Origin: Eledone cirrhosa
Taxonomy: Eukaryota
Reading direction: 5' to 3'
Length of the DNA stretch: 64,000 nt
Assembly (NCBI GenBank): GCA_964016885.1
Contig: OZ024742.1
Span: forward strand, 51,026,001 to 51,090,000
The translations under genes and the position numbers were made by a program. Under the pieces are notes generated by a model that saw nothing but the letters and a program-made list of their open reading frames with translations, had not been told where the DNA came from and did no database searches. Below, in pieces: positions 1-13,330 of this stretch (its first letter is position 1; the number at the start of each line of letters is the position of its first letter).

Positions 1-262
1 AGGTCATGCCGATGTAAGTTTTTTTGCAATCCTCGGTGCCCGAGATGACATCGCATTTGTACACGATATCATTTGTGAGGCATTTGTTTTCAAGTGGGCA
101 TGCTTCCTTATGTAGGCAATTACATAGAGCCCCAGTCCGGGGTTTGGTTTCGGAGGTGGTTGGCTTATTTAATTTTTTAGAATTGTGGTTGGCTATATTC
201 CTAGCTAGGTTAGGTGTGGTGGAGTAAGACAGTCTTATTGTGTTCTTATTAAAGGTGGTGTG
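1..262 (-). mobile_element. Penelope-like element (Naiad-like) fragment: RT thumb, Cys-rich linker and start of GIY-YIG endonuclease; runs off the window
   Basis: Manual minus-strand translation is open: TFNKNTIRLSYSTTPNLARNIANHNS...CNCLHKEACPLENKCLTNDIVYKCDV...KTYIGMT (CxC-CP-C linker plus VY...YIG motif). Confidence 0.85.
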
Positions 263-266
263 GTAC

Positions 267-450
267 CTAATTAGTTGGGAGTGATATTTTAGTAAGTAAG
301 TTAATTTTATAATTTTCTTATTTTACGTCTCTCATATTATTGTTCTGCAACTCCATGCATTGAACCACAATGTTACTAAGACAAAACCTATATATTTGCT
401 AGCATTGATATGCATCTGTATGTATATACATGTTACTAGATATTAATTCT

Positions 451-515
<65 letters not shown>

Positions 516-1184
516 AATTAATATCTAGTAACATATATATACATACAGATGCATATCAATGCTAACAAATATATAGGTTTTGTCTTAGTAACATTGTGGT
601 TCAATGCATGGAGTTGCAGAACAATAATATGAGAGACGTAAAATAAGAAAATTATAAAATTAACTTACTTACTAAAATATCACTTCCAACTAATTAGTTT
701 CTGGAATGGAGTAAATATATTTTCCGAAGAAGATATAGAGAAACATTCCGTTGTCAGGGAAATCTTTATAATTCTTTACAATTCTTTATAATTATCTCCA
801 AATTATTTGTCGAGCAATATTGGCCATGACTGCTGCTATGGTAGTAGGCAGGCCGCTGTCTTATTAGCAAACCACTTTCCACTGATTGACCTCGATGTCA
901 CGTGATTGATTCTTTTTGAATTTGCCACAGACGCAGAGGCAGTGATTTTCTCAATGGCTAGGAATTCAGTCCACGCTTTGCTATTTCCTATCCACTAAAT
1001 TATTTTTTAATAAGTTTCCAGAGTCCTCGCTTTGCCTGGAAACTTAGCTGAGAATAGACTTCCCTGACGACGGAATGTTTCTCTTTATCTTCTTCGGAAA
1101 ATATATTTACTCCATTCCAGAAACTAATTAGTTGGAAGTGATATTTTAGTAAGTAAGTTAATTTTATAATTTTCTTATTTTACG

Positions 1185-1193
<9 letters not shown>
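267..1193. repeat. Nested inverted repeats: 267-455 vs 511-700 around (TA)n, and 627-760 vs 1061-1193
   Basis: Near-perfect reverse-complement matches, e.g. ttagtaagtaagttaattttataattttcttattttacgtctctcatat and its reverse complement; abuts the PLE fragment. Confidence 0.85.
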
Positions 1194-1217
<24 letters not shown>

Positions 1218-1218
<1 letters not shown>

Positions 1219-2630
1219 TGCTTTGCAAGATTACTCATCTGAAAACGTGTGGTGGAAGAGATATTGTTATACTTTGGGAGAGTCATGTTTCCAATAAAAA
1301 CACACGCACCTCTGTTTTCACTTCAATTTATTATAAATTTCCGATTGGTGTATTGGTTGGTTTGATAATTGTGATCTACTCAGAGACTTGATTTTTATTT
1401 TGTTCCTCTCCTTTGTTCTGTCCTACACCATGTTGTGTTCTTAGTTTGCACATGCGTTACATCGTGGGGGGATGGTTATTTATTTATGTATTTATTTACT
1501 TGTCACTAGTTTGTTGTTTTGTCGATCAGTGTGTCTCTCCTTTGTTTTGTTCATTTAATTTTTGTGTGTATGTCTTCATTTTGTCCTTAATTACTAGTTA
1601 TGATGTTGCTATTCAACTCATGTTTTCTCTATAATTTTGGTTGGAGTTTGTTTATGTTTGTCACCTCTGTGATTTGTCCGAGCATTGCATCTTGTCTGTA
1701 TGTGGATATAATTTTGTATTTCTATTTCTCTAATGTGCCCCTATGTTTTATTTTGGCATGCTGGTGGAGTACTGATGATTTTTCCCATCCTGGGGTTCTC
1801 GCCAGTGTTTACTTCTACTTTCTCCTATGCTAAGTCCTGTTAGATCTATGTATGTTATATTCATATTCATACACTATCCCTTAGTTTTGCAGTTAGTTTG
1901 CAGTCTTAGCTTGCAGACTATTCATTTCTTACCAGCACAGGTATATCTTTGAAACGGGTATTTTTTTCATAATTAGGGAATTTATGGGAATACCTAGACT
2001 TTAAACTACCTTAATATTTAATTTGAGCTTGTCTAGGGCCCTTCTTAATCTATAAGCTAGTTCGCCTCAAGGGGTTGTAATGACGAATATTACAATCTGG
2101 TATTTATTGCTATCATGCCATGAGTTTATTATGTTTGCCTTGTTCCTAATCCTTTCGATTCTGTTTCAAAATTTGTTCCTATACTTGGAGCAAGCCCCAT
2201 TTGCATCATTTTCTACAATCTTTGCCCATTTGTTCTGGCTACGTTATATACCCTGATCATATGTCTATGATTGAAGCCAGAGAATTGCATGCTGTGGAAA
2301 ACGTGTTCTATGTGCCCCCTCCCCCCCAAATTGTTTGGGGTTGACGATGCGGGACACGTTCCTCATCACACTTACTAGGTACGCAATCGATATATTGATG
2401 TGTATGTGATCCGAAACAGCTTAGTTTCGGTGGATCAGGTATTTGTAGGTCTTGGGTTTGGCATAATGCGAATGGAGGATTTGCTTTCTAACGCAAATAG
2501 TTTCCTGCTAGAGTTTTGCGTCTAGTATGGGTAATCTTTGGTTGGGGTGTTTAGTTGGGTAGTCTATAGTAACTTTATTACTCTGGTGGATGGAGTTAGC
2601 TATTTGATGGATGCTTTCCAACGTGTTCTT
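1218..2630 (-). mobile_element. Decayed Penelope-like element (second clade): GIY-YIG C-terminus and 3' terminal repeat
   Basis: The reverse complement of 1590-1830 matches the GIY-YIG-coding segment at 31980-32180; it ends at the (TA)n at 1190-1218. Confidence 0.7.
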
Positions 2631-2639
2631 GGGACACAC

Positions 2640-3000
2640 ACACACAATCCAAACTAACAAAACAATTCATACACACAAACATAGAACAAACAACCGATTA
2701 GTGACAAGTAAATAAAGACATAAAGAAAAAAACCACACATACCAGGATGTAACGCATGCGCTAACTAAGCACACAACACACGAAATCGTGATGATGTAGG
2801 ACAGAAAAGAAGGAGAGACACAAAATAAAAACCTAGACACTGATGAGGTCACGGAATGTGTTGCGAAAAGCTTTGTCAATATATAAACAATCTTCCGGTT
2901 ATCGAACCAACCAACCGGAAATTTATAAAATAAATTGAAGTGAAACCCATAATGTGCGTGTGTTTTTATTGACACCATGACCCTCGCAAAGTACAACAAT
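2640..3000 (+). mobile_element. Inverted copy of the terminal repeat (pLTR) of the 1218-2630 PLE family
   Basis: Reverse-complement similarity to 1260-1560 and direct similarity to 32250-32620; ends in TA/CA microsatellite. Confidence 0.7.
2836..2877 (+). ncRNA. Candidate minimal hammerhead ribozyme, family C (second copy 32425-32467 +)
   Basis: gaca-CUGAUGA-stem II-GAAA-agc-UU-tgtc. The 32425 copy has gtca/tgac, a compensatory change in helix I. The U17 cleavage triplet is suboptimal. Confidence 0.5.
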
Positions 3001-3020
3001 ACATATATGTATACACACAT

Positions 3021-3051
<31 letters not shown>

Positions 3052-3129
3052 GGTACGTTATTCCGGGTTGAGTCGGAGGTAACAACAGTAAGTAAGGTAC
3101 TCAATACATAGCAGAGCATAACAGTTTTA

Positions 3130-3680
3130 ATATAGATGAGATTCTACAGGACTAGAACTGTTTCATTCTTTAGAAATCGTCAGGAATCTGGCTTTCCCAA
3201 AATAAATGTTGTATTTATAGCTCTTTCAGGTGGTAGGAAAGGGTGGGGAGTAAAATGGGTAAAGGTCACTGCTTGATAGAAAGGGAATTCATTAAAAGCT
3301 AATTCTTTAAGGCTATAATTTATATTTAGAGTGACAAAGGCAGAAATAATTCTATAAACAAGTTCAGAATGGGGTGCCACTCCTTAATTTGAAGTTTCTC
3401 TTAAGTTAACAATGCCTTAAAAATAAGGAGTGGCACCCCATTCTGAACTTGTTTTTAAGAATTATTTCTGCATTTGTCACTCTAAATATAAATTATAGCT
3501 TTAAAGAATTAGCTTTTAATGAATTCCTTTTCTATCAACCAGTAGCCTCTACCCATTCCACCCCCACCCCTCCCCCACATGAAAAGAGCAATAAATACAA
3601 CATTTATTTTTGGAAAGCCAGATACCTGATGATTTCTAAAGAATGAAACAGTTCTAGTCCTGTAGAATCTCATCTATATA
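3130..3680. repeat. ~550 bp palindrome (3130-3390 vs 3422-3680) with a hammerhead in each arm
   Basis: Arms are reverse complements (e.g. agttcagaatggggtgccactcctta / taaggagtggcaccccattctgaact) with a ~35 nt spacer; right arm ends in (TA)n. Confidence 0.9.
3140..3188 (-). ncRNA. Type I hammerhead ribozyme, family A (second copy 3621-3669 +)
   Basis: gauuc-CUGACGA-u-uuc-uaaa-gaa-u-GAAA-cag-uucuaguc-cug-UA-gaauc: helices I, II and III all pair, GUA cleavage triplet. Confidence 0.8.
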
Positions 3681-3700
3681 TATATATGTATATATATATG

Positions 3701-3768
<68 letters not shown>

Positions 3769-3829
3769 TATACATATATATACACACACACATACACACA
3801 CACATATATATATATATTTATATATAATA

Positions 3830-4656
3830 TAATGTATAATAAACAATACAATATAATTACCTCATTACCAGAGGTTTCCCGAATAAGACGAATACGAAAA
3901 ACGTCCTCATTCGTTCGTCGGATAAGGCAATTTAAAACAGTGAAATATTTGGAAAGTCTCCTCACTATATGCAAAAAATATATAAGTAAAAATATATAAA
4001 TAAATAAATAAAAGTAATGCAAGAGATATATAAACAAATATAAAAAAAATATATTTAAAAAATAAGGAAATATAGTTAGGGTATGTGTATATGTATGTAT
4101 ATACACTCACAAATGTACATATGTGTGTATGTACAAATGCATGTGTATGGTGAAAATGTGTGCCTAAGTACATATATGAGGGCAAGTATATTTGTGTATA
4201 TGTGACCACAAATACGTATATAATATGAGTTGAAAAAGAAATTGTATGATAATATAGTTGACACGCATCCAGATACAGGTATTAAATACACATACGAGTA
4301 TGAAAGCACGCGTATAAACACACACACACGCGCGGTCACTTATATGCGGAAGATAAAGAGGGAAGGGAGTGTAATAGTAAAAAGAAGTCTCATTCTCGAT
4401 ATATGTATAAAAATGAAACAATATATGAGAATGAAAAAAGTTTTAAATCAAAGAGAAAGTAATCAATTAACACTAGAGAAAAGAAAACAAACATAGGTAC
4501 GCACGTACAAACACATATATATATAAACACATTTTTAAAACACAAATACGTACAGACAAAAGCGTATGCATGCGTACATACATACACACGAGGCACGTAT
4601 ATATATATATATATACATATATATCGCCCCATGTATATCTAATCACATGTACGTAC

Positions 4657-4709
<53 letters not shown>

Positions 4710-5968
4710 TACACACGCGTACATACATATATACACATATACATACACATACACATACATTCACCCGCATACACACATACGTAAAAATAAGAATGTAAAA
4801 CACATAGATATAAAAAAACATAGATATAAAAACACACAATAACACATATATATACGTACGCACGGACACATACGGGGGCGTTCGTATACATATACAGAAC
4901 GTATACGCACATAAGCACACTCAGACACATAGATGCAGATTATAAATCAGCCATATGTATAAATAAGTACAAATATAAAATCGGCTGCGAAACAACAGAA
5001 TATAGCTGGAGTGGAAAACGCAAGTGACAAGTGATATCAGGTAGTGAAACAAAATGGGGAAGTAAAATGTGGAATGTGAAGATATTAGGTAAGTGAATCG
5101 AAAAATAGGGGGGGGGGGGATTTACTGGTGGATGTGAAGTAAAAATAAAAATAAAATTAAAAATAAAGTTAAAAATGAAAGTAAATCAGAAAGAGAATCT
5201 GTAAAGGGGATAATTTAAGGAAAGTGAAGAATAAGAGTTTATGGAGGATAAGTATCTGAAAGTGAGTTAAGTTTATATGAGCTGGAAAGTAAGTGTGATT
5301 TCATGTGTGAGCAACTGGCGAAAATTTCTGATTTTGTATTTAGGCAGGTATTTGGTAATTTAAGGTTCTGTAAAATCCAATATTTTTCACGTATGCAGAG
5401 TGTGCATCTTCTTGTTCCTCTTTCATATTCTTTACATTGGTTCAAAATTGACCAATCCAATTTATATTGGATACCTTGTCTTTCAAATCACATATACTGC
5501 TAGCCAGAGGTGTTGTGAATCTTTTTTCTGGATGTCGGTAAGATGCGACATGTGAGTAATAACGCGTTTTGAATTTGTCTTGTGTCATACACACATATCG
5601 GTCGCTGGTGGCTGGTTGGTTGTTGCTGACGGTTGTCACTTTAGCCTCATATACAATGGCTTTGATGTTGTATTTACCTTGTAATGGGCATTCACTTTTG
5701 ACTCTACAGGAGCAATTTTGATGTTCTCTGGGTGATATCTTTTTTTATATATCTCTTGCCTTACTTTTATTTATTTATTTATATATTTTTGATTATTTAT
5801 ATATTTTTATTTATATATTTTTTGCATTTCTTGAGGAGACTTTCCAAATATTTCACTGTTTTAAATTGCCTTGTCCGACGAACGAATGAGGACGTTTTTC
5901 GTATTGGCCTTATTCGGGAAATTTCTGGTAATGAGGTAATTATATTGTATTGTTTATTATATATTAAA
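3830..5968 (-). mobile_element. 5'-truncated Naiad-like PLE with inverted pLTR: pLTR 3830-4075, 3' region, GIY-YIG 5240-5730, inverted pLTR 5735-5968
   Basis: Frameshifted ORFs 5442-5639 and 5239-5460 give YVCMTQDKFKTRYYSH...WSILNQCKEY...CTLCIREK...LNTKSEIFASCSH. 3830-4075 and 5735-5968 are inverted repeats. Confidence 0.85.
3860..3927 (-). ncRNA. Hammerhead-like motif, family B, with CCGACGA (U4C) core (second copy 5869-5936 +)
   Basis: ccuuau-CCGACGA-long helix II (cgaaugagg/ucuuauucg)-GAAA-cc-ucu-gg-UA-augagg; 6 bp helix I. Lies in the pLTR in coding sense. Confidence 0.6.
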
Positions 5969-6056
5969 TCTTGCTCTGGTACTTACATAGAGCACTCTTC
6001 ACTCCTATGACTTTTTCAATTTTCAACGGAAACTTCAATACTTATATTTATATATA

Positions 6057-6088
<32 letters not shown>

Positions 6089-6101
6089 CACGCACACACA
6101 C

Positions 6102-6182
<81 letters not shown>

Positions 6183-6236
6183 TACATATATATGTGTGTG
6201 TGTATGTGTGTGTGTATATATATATATACCCCCCCC

Positions 6237-6318
<82 letters not shown>

Positions 6319-6412
6319 CATATATGTATATATATATACACACACATACCCCCCTTATATATATATATTGACGAAACATAAGTCATTTGCATGAACTCAT
6401 AATCCTTTATTT

Positions 6413-6468
6413 ACTGCTATATACATTTCGATGATAGCCATTGAATAGCTATGACCTCATCAGGCAGT
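6413..6468 (-). ncRNA. Minimal type I hammerhead ribozyme, family D (mutated copies 55237-55292 - and 55382-55437 +)
   Basis: acugc-CUGAUGA-G...auagcuau-uca-auggcuau...C-GAAA-uguaua-UA-gcagu: canonical core, G10.1-C11.1, 5 bp helix I. Confidence 0.85.
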
Positions 6469-8129
6469 TAGTTTTAGATATGCCAGCTCTGTGTTTATAG
6501 TGTTGATGGTATCAGAGCATTGGGACATGTGAGCTTGTTAGGAATAATTTAATGTTGTCAGCAGGAATAGTCTTGATTCTAATTGGTCAGTTTGTAGATG
6601 GTAGTAGGATTGGTATTTGACCTCAAATATATATATTTATATTGTTTACAAACTAAATAATTCAATTATGTGACAATTGTTTCTAACCGCGTCACACTAG
6701 CTATAGTAAATTACTTCATATAAATATTTCCCACTAGTGAATAGAGCGTGGGTGTTATCTGAGTTTATTTAAATACCGATATAATTTACTTAAGATAATT
6801 GGAACAGATAATGTACTTATCACTTATTAACATATGATAAATATGTCTAGCCGTGACTACGATGTTTGTTAAGTGTATTCATACTCCCCTCTTTCACATT
6901 GTTCAATTAACCAACATAGATTAAATGTAATTGACCTAATATTTAACATACGTCATTGAAGAATTGAAGCTGTATATTGAAATCTTAATGTCAATTGTGG
7001 ATACTTCTAACAGAAAACGATATAAAATAGGATCTAATTATATATCTCAGCAGCTTATTTTCTATTTGCATTCAAGACATAGTGATGCTTATTAGATTCT
7101 AGATATTATGTATGCAAGATTTCACAAGATAACCTAGGAACCAATGTCGATATACACAAATAATTGGTATACAAATTGCTTTATCTATATCGTATGTGTT
7201 TATGTGTACGCTTGGGCCTAAAAGAGTTAGAGTTAACATTTAATAAATACGTCAGAGCAAAGAAGTGTTTCAGCACAACATAATCCTTTTTTTATTTTTT
7301 TTTTTTTTGTAGTTGTAAAGTTTATGTACAGTGCATCACGAGCATATGAACGCTGCAATATACCAATTATTGAAATGCTCAACGTGATAAATTCTTCAGT
7401 GTAAATGTCATTCATATTGATTTCATAATTCTAGGCCTGTCGTTTACCTTTCTTGTATATGAAGGCTTAAAGTAAAGGAGTTTTGTTTATTCATGATGAA
7501 CAGTTGTGTCACCTCTATGTTTAAAAATATTTTAGATTTTCTTTAAAATAATTCATGTCGAAATTCATTCATATTTTCGTATTGTTTTCTTTATAATAGT
7601 ATTCCACGTCGTTTGTCTCTATCATTATTTTCATCTTGCTACATTTCGAAATTTGCATTATTGAAATGTAAAAAATATTTCAATGGTTCTGCTCTGTTAT
7701 TTTGCAATACTAGTTTACTCATTTCCCACAGCTACAAAATGGAAGTAATATATATGTTTGGACATTTCTATGCTCTTGGAATGTCCTTAATCACTTTCCT
7801 TTTGTTTACCAGTAGCCATATTGAATTCCATAGACCAAAATACAGAGCAAGTTAAGTATCATCTTGCAATAGATCAGTTAAAGGAATCATAACTTTTTAG
7901 TTGGTTAGAACAATCTACTATTTTTTTAATTGCTGGTCTAAACTATCTTAAATACCAATAATATAAGCTAATATTGTTGAACTGAATTATATGTACATTT
8001 CTATTGAAACTAAAATACATAGATTAATCAACCAAAGCCATCATGATATTTTTTTTATTTATATCATTTCTTCCGTATGTTTCTCCGATAATGTTTCGAT
8101 AAAATGAAAAAAATTATATGTGTAACTTA

Positions 8130-9030
8130 TAAAAGAGAGATATATACATACATGTGTTCAAATCGTAAGGGACCAGGTTCGCTAAGGTGAAAAAAATACT
8201 AACTATGTACAATAGGGTTTGCCAGACTCAATTTAAGAACAGATTAAGAAAATAAATACAAACCGGAATTGTGGTAACTAACGATCACCCATTTAGCGTT
8301 TGATATATGCTGTTTCGCAAATTAATTGTGAAGAGAATTAGCAAATCTTGCTCGTCAGTTGGTGAACATTAGTTAACTCCTCACATCAAAGAATATCAGA
8401 CAACTGAATAATGTACGTATATATATAATAACGCACATGGTATTAGAACTTAGCGTGTCTCACAAACTCACACCACTAAAAATAGCCAAGTTTACTCGAC
8501 ATTTAAATTAGCTCGACAAATTAACGGAGCCGAATATATCAAAGGTATATATTGAGTTAGAAACTCAAAATAGTCTCTTACAATAAAATAGCTCTAGGAA
8601 AGAGATTTTTCCGAGCCGTATATCATAATTGAATGTAAAAGAGAGATAAACACAGACATATACATATATGTGTTCAAATCGTAATGGACCAGGTTCGCTA
8701 GATTAAAAAATTACTAACTATGGACAATAGGATTTGCCAGACTCAATTTAAGAATAAATCAAGAAAATAAATACAAACCGGAATGGTGGTAATTACCGAT
8801 CACCCGTACAGCGTTTGGCTATGCTGTTTCGTAAATTAATTGTGAAGAGAATTACCAATTCTCGCTCGAAACTGATCCCTTACGATATGAACAGATATAT
8901 GTATATATCTGTGTTTATCTCTCTGTTATAGTCAATTATGATATACGTCTCAGAAAAATCTCTTTCATAGAGCTATTTTATTGTAAGAGACTCTTTTGAG
9001 TTTCTAACTCAATATATACCTTTGATATAT
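8130..9030. repeat. Direct repeat (8130-8357 vs 8640-8868) overlapped by an inverted repeat (8535-8685 vs 8880-9030); related sequence at ~19370-19925
   Basis: Shared tgtgttcaaatcgtaa.ggaccaggttcgcta...; ctcttacaataaaatagctcta vs tagagctattttattgtaagag. Tandem-plus-inverted layout resembles PLE termini. Confidence 0.75.
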
Positions 9031-11119
9031 GTGTAACTTGTTAACTAGTTATATTGGTGAAATGCAATTTCATCTTTGTAGATATCAGATGAATGCATTA
9101 CAACGTAAATACTAATTCCTGGTTCTAATTAATCAGTTGAATTTCCAAATGACATTTTATCGATGACACATGTACAGAAATGATCATCATTATCGAAAAA
9201 CATTGTTATACTCTAATGTTCATTCCGATGAAATATCAACTGGGCATGTTTTCGAAACTATTCAATAGCGAAAGTGGCTAAAACTGTATTTCCTCTAATA
9301 ATTTGCTGGAGTCAAAATGAAATTGCATTCACGTGATTATGAGTTTAGGACGAGATAATTAATTCTAATTATCTAATAACAATAAAATTCAAATATTTAT
9401 ATCTACACTATTTTGATCTGTTCGATCTCTCTTGAATGTATACTTATATACTAGCCAGCTGTATTCATGGTCACGAAATTTATTTTCAAATTTATTTTCA
9501 AGAATATAACGTTTTATTTACTAAGCTACAAACGACTGTGTTTTTAGTAAGTTTAATATTCCCTTAATTTATAATTTATAATCTGATTAACGAAGAATTT
9601 TAAATATTTAGAGATTAAATTGTGCTTGTATTCTTTACTGCTATCAGCAATGATTTTCTTTTTCGACATGTCTTGGGTGTACTTTGCTGCTGCTGCTTCC
9701 GTTGCTGTGCTGTTGCAGAGGAAATATTGATATATTACTAATCAATACACAATGAAGACATATACAGTGGATGTAACTGATGGTGTGTAACACACATGTC
9801 TTTACATAAGTGTCCCTTTTTTGTTTTAATAATTTCGAATGCTAATCAAGTCGAATTGTGCAGAGACGCTTCTACCTGATTGGACCTTCTTTTTACAGCT
9901 CGCCAAGAGAATTTGAATATTGACTTTTTTTATTAACTATGTATGTTATTCTAAACATATGTATGTACTGAATATGTTATTGGCATGAATTTTCCAAGGC
10001 CATTGAAAGAGAAAAGTCGAATATACAAAGTAAAAGACTAATGTTTAATCATTTTATTGTTGGTGGTAATTTGCAAAAGTTCTGGTGTGAAAAATGGTAT
10101 TTTACCCAATATATTCCTTCTAGTGGGTGTATTATATTAAGATCTTCATTTAAATTTCAAAGTATTTTAGCTACTATTTTTAGTAGAACAAGGTCTTGTA
10201 AAAAGCCTCCGAAGTACTATGTTGGTGAACATGAATAGTATATCTAGCAATTTATCCTGATATAGGTCGGATTTTATGTAATAATTAGATATGTTATTTG
10301 AAGCGTTGTTTGAAGTTATTTCCAGCAATTCGATCAACCATCACATTAGTTTCAAAAACTATATTATTAGTCTACATATTCTAATGAAAACTGAAATTTA
10401 GAAGTTATAGACTTTCTACCATCATATATGAAAATGTAACGAGAATAACGAAGTAACAAGTAAACTTAAGTGACTAGTCAATAAATAGATATGCCGATCA
10501 CTAACGTTTCTCTTTTTATCCTCACGTATTATTTTTGTGAATATTTTCTATTCTTTCCCGCCTACATACTTTGAATATTTTGATTAATCTGAAATTGACT
10601 GCATTGTTTTGGTGTCAGGGTATATTCAAACAAGCTGTGCCAACTGGCAGCTTCTGGTCTAGATAATCATTACGATCAATTGTGCTTCTTTGAATTACCG
10701 TTAATTAATTCCTTAGAATCGTGGCCAAGAAAAACCTTTATTTAAGCCGACAATTTGCACATATTTATTGCTCTTTAAGAATTCTAAGAATATCTAGAAA
10801 TACTTAAAGTTTGTTCTTATATGCCTGTGGATATATGTCTTCGTTTGTATTCATTGTATACATATCTAACAGAAAAAGATAATACAGTTTAGATAACGAA
10901 GAACAAAATAATATAAGTTATAGATTTACTATTCTCGAGTTTGATGCATTGAACAAGTGGCTCAATATTTATATATAAATCAATGCCAGATGCGTACATA
11001 TGTATTAGTTTAAATTACCATTAACATATACATACATATCGTATATGGTTATGTGAATCGTGTATTACTTAGCAAAGATGAGTGATAAGATAGATGGAGT
11101 CAATAATGAAATCACATTT

Positions 11120-11204
11120 ATTTAGTTGTAGGTGCATAAATCGTTCTATTACTAATGTTATTGTTGTTGTTATGATGAAAATACATAAGAAATCAATAGG
11201 TGCA

Positions 11205-11265
<61 letters not shown>

Positions 11266-11395
11266 CAGCAGAAGGGATATTCAATTTGTTGGTAATTCAA
11301 CAAATATAAATGTTTATAACTGATTCAGAGCTCTCGGCAGATTTTTTAGTAAATATTCAATGATATTAAATGTTTCCATTTATTTAATATCATTG

Positions 11396-11444
<49 letters not shown>

Positions 11445-12050
11445 AGAGAGAGAGATAGAGGTTATATTTAATTTGTTGGGATACAACAAGCAAAATATTT
11501 TTATAACTGATATAAAGCACTCAACAAATTTTTGGAGTAAATATACAATATATTAACAAATGGAAACTATATGTATAAAACCATATTTATTTAATTATAC
11601 ATATTTCAAGGGCCATCAGTGCAAACTATCTCCAGGGATTCAAACCAGAATGCTTGCATTTGTTCAGGGTATGTCAATATTTATTTATAAAACTAACCTA
11701 TATTATATTTTATCTGATGAAAGCGCACCATAGTTTGCCTTGATGGGCCTTGAAATATGTATAATGAAATAAATAAGTTTTTATAAATATAGTTTCCATT
11801 TGTTAATATATTGTATATATATTTATATATATATATATATATATATATTTCGTTTCTGAATTTGTTTAGCAAGATTCTTTAGTTTTAGGTGCATAAATCG
11901 TTCCATTACTAATGTTATTGTTGTTGTTCTGATGAAAATACATAAGAAATGAATAGGTGCATCTATACATATATATATATATATATAAGCAGAAGGGATA
12001 TTCAATCTGTTGGTAATTCAACAAATATAAATGTTTATAACTGATTCACA
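11120..12050. repeat. Cluster of direct (11120-11330 vs 11878-12048) and inverted (11545-11620 vs 11740-11815) copies of an HHR-bearing family also present at 57370-58262
   Basis: Shared gggatattcaatttgttggtaattcaacaaatataaatg and aatggaaactata...atatttcaaggg segments. Confidence 0.75.
11708..11769 (+). ncRNA. Minimal hammerhead ribozyme, family E (other copies 57504-57560 -, 57623-57679 +, 58020-58078 -, truncated 58213-58262 +)
   Basis: uuuuau-CUGAUGA-aag...cuu-GAAA-uaugua-UA-augaaa; core conserved in five copies while helix II sequence varies. Confidence 0.75.
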
Positions 12051-12237
12051 GCTTTGACAATATATGAACAATCGCCTGGTTGTGGTACCGACAATCCAAA
12101 CAACCAACCGACGGGAAATTTATAAATTCCTAAATTTATAAATTTAATTCATAATAAATTGAAGTGAAAGCAATTGGTGCGTGTGTTTCTTATTGGCAAC
12201 ATGACCATTCCAAAGTATAACAATATATATATATATG

Positions 12238-13242
12238 TAAACGGAAAAAATGAAACGAAATTTCATTTCCCACTCTTAGTACGGCTGTTACTTAAATATA
12301 AGTATGTACACATACATATATATATGTATACAGACGTACAGTTGTATGCACACTTATAAATATATATGTACGTATGGATTCACCGAACATTTATTAAAAT
12401 GCTCGGTGTGTTTGTAAACAAACATCCCGTATTAAGCCGTACTGTCCAGCAACTATCGTTGCTCGTTTGTTCAACACTGACAAAGGAACGCTGTAATAGT
12501 TTCAAGCTGATTAGCTATCGTCAGCAACGTATACCTTCCTGCCAGATTGTTGAACGTATATTGAACGTATATTGAACTTACCTTATGCATATTAACGGCT
12601 GAGGAGCCCAATTTGCATATCGAGTGGGTTAATCGGCCCGGTGCACCGAAAACGATAAACGGAAAAAATGAAACGAAATTTCATTTCCCACTCTTAGTAC
12701 AGCTGTTACTTAAATATAAGTATGTACACGTACATACATATATGTATACAGACGTACAGTAGTATGTATATATATATACATACATGCACACATATATATA
12801 TGTACGTATGGATTCACCGAACATTTATTATAATGCTGGGTGTGTTTGTAAACAAACATCCCGTATTATGCCGTTTTTTTCCGTTTATCGTTTACGGTGC
12901 ACCCGGCCGATTAACCCGCTCGATATGCAAATTGGGCTACTCAGCCGTTAATATGCATAAGGTAAGTATATACGTTCAACAATCTGGCAGGAAGGAATAC
13001 GTTGCTGACGATTGCTAATAAGCTTGAAACTAGTACAGTGTTCCTTTGTCAGTGTTAAACAAACGAGCAACGATGGTTGCTTTACACTACGGCTTAATAC
13101 GGGATGTTTGTTTACAAACGAACCGATCATTATAATAAATGTTCGGTGAATCCATACGTACATATATATATGTGTGCATGTATGTATATATATATACATA
13201 CTACTGTACGTATGTATACATATATATATGTACGTGTACATA

Positions 13243-13245
<3 letters not shown>
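12238..13245. mobile_element. Non-coding HHR repeat family F: ~1.5 tandem units on - (12238-12870, period ~418) plus an inverted unit on + (12871-13245)
   Basis: taaacggaaaaaatgaaacg recurs at 12238 and 12656; 12871-13245 is its reverse complement; HHRs at 12488-12530 (-) and 12999-13041 (+); flanked by (TA)n. Confidence 0.85.
12999..13041 (+). ncRNA. Minimal hammerhead ribozyme, family F
   Basis: acguug-CUGACGA-uugcuaauaagcuu-GAAAC-ua-GUA-cagugu; palindromic ACUAGU in helix III. Confidence 0.75.

Positions 13246-13328
<83 letters not shown>

Positions 13329-13330
<2 letters not shown>

Noticed and set aside
722-762. Hammerhead-like CCGAAGA...GAAAC...GUC (and inverted copy 1061-1100)
   Set aside because: Helix II does not pair and helix I depends on G-U pairs; not called as a ribozyme.
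7440-8050. CR1/L2-like RT 3' remnants (also ~41700-42400 and ~47930-48260)
   Set aside because: Only faint EYG/W-type traces; too decayed to support a call without a profile search.
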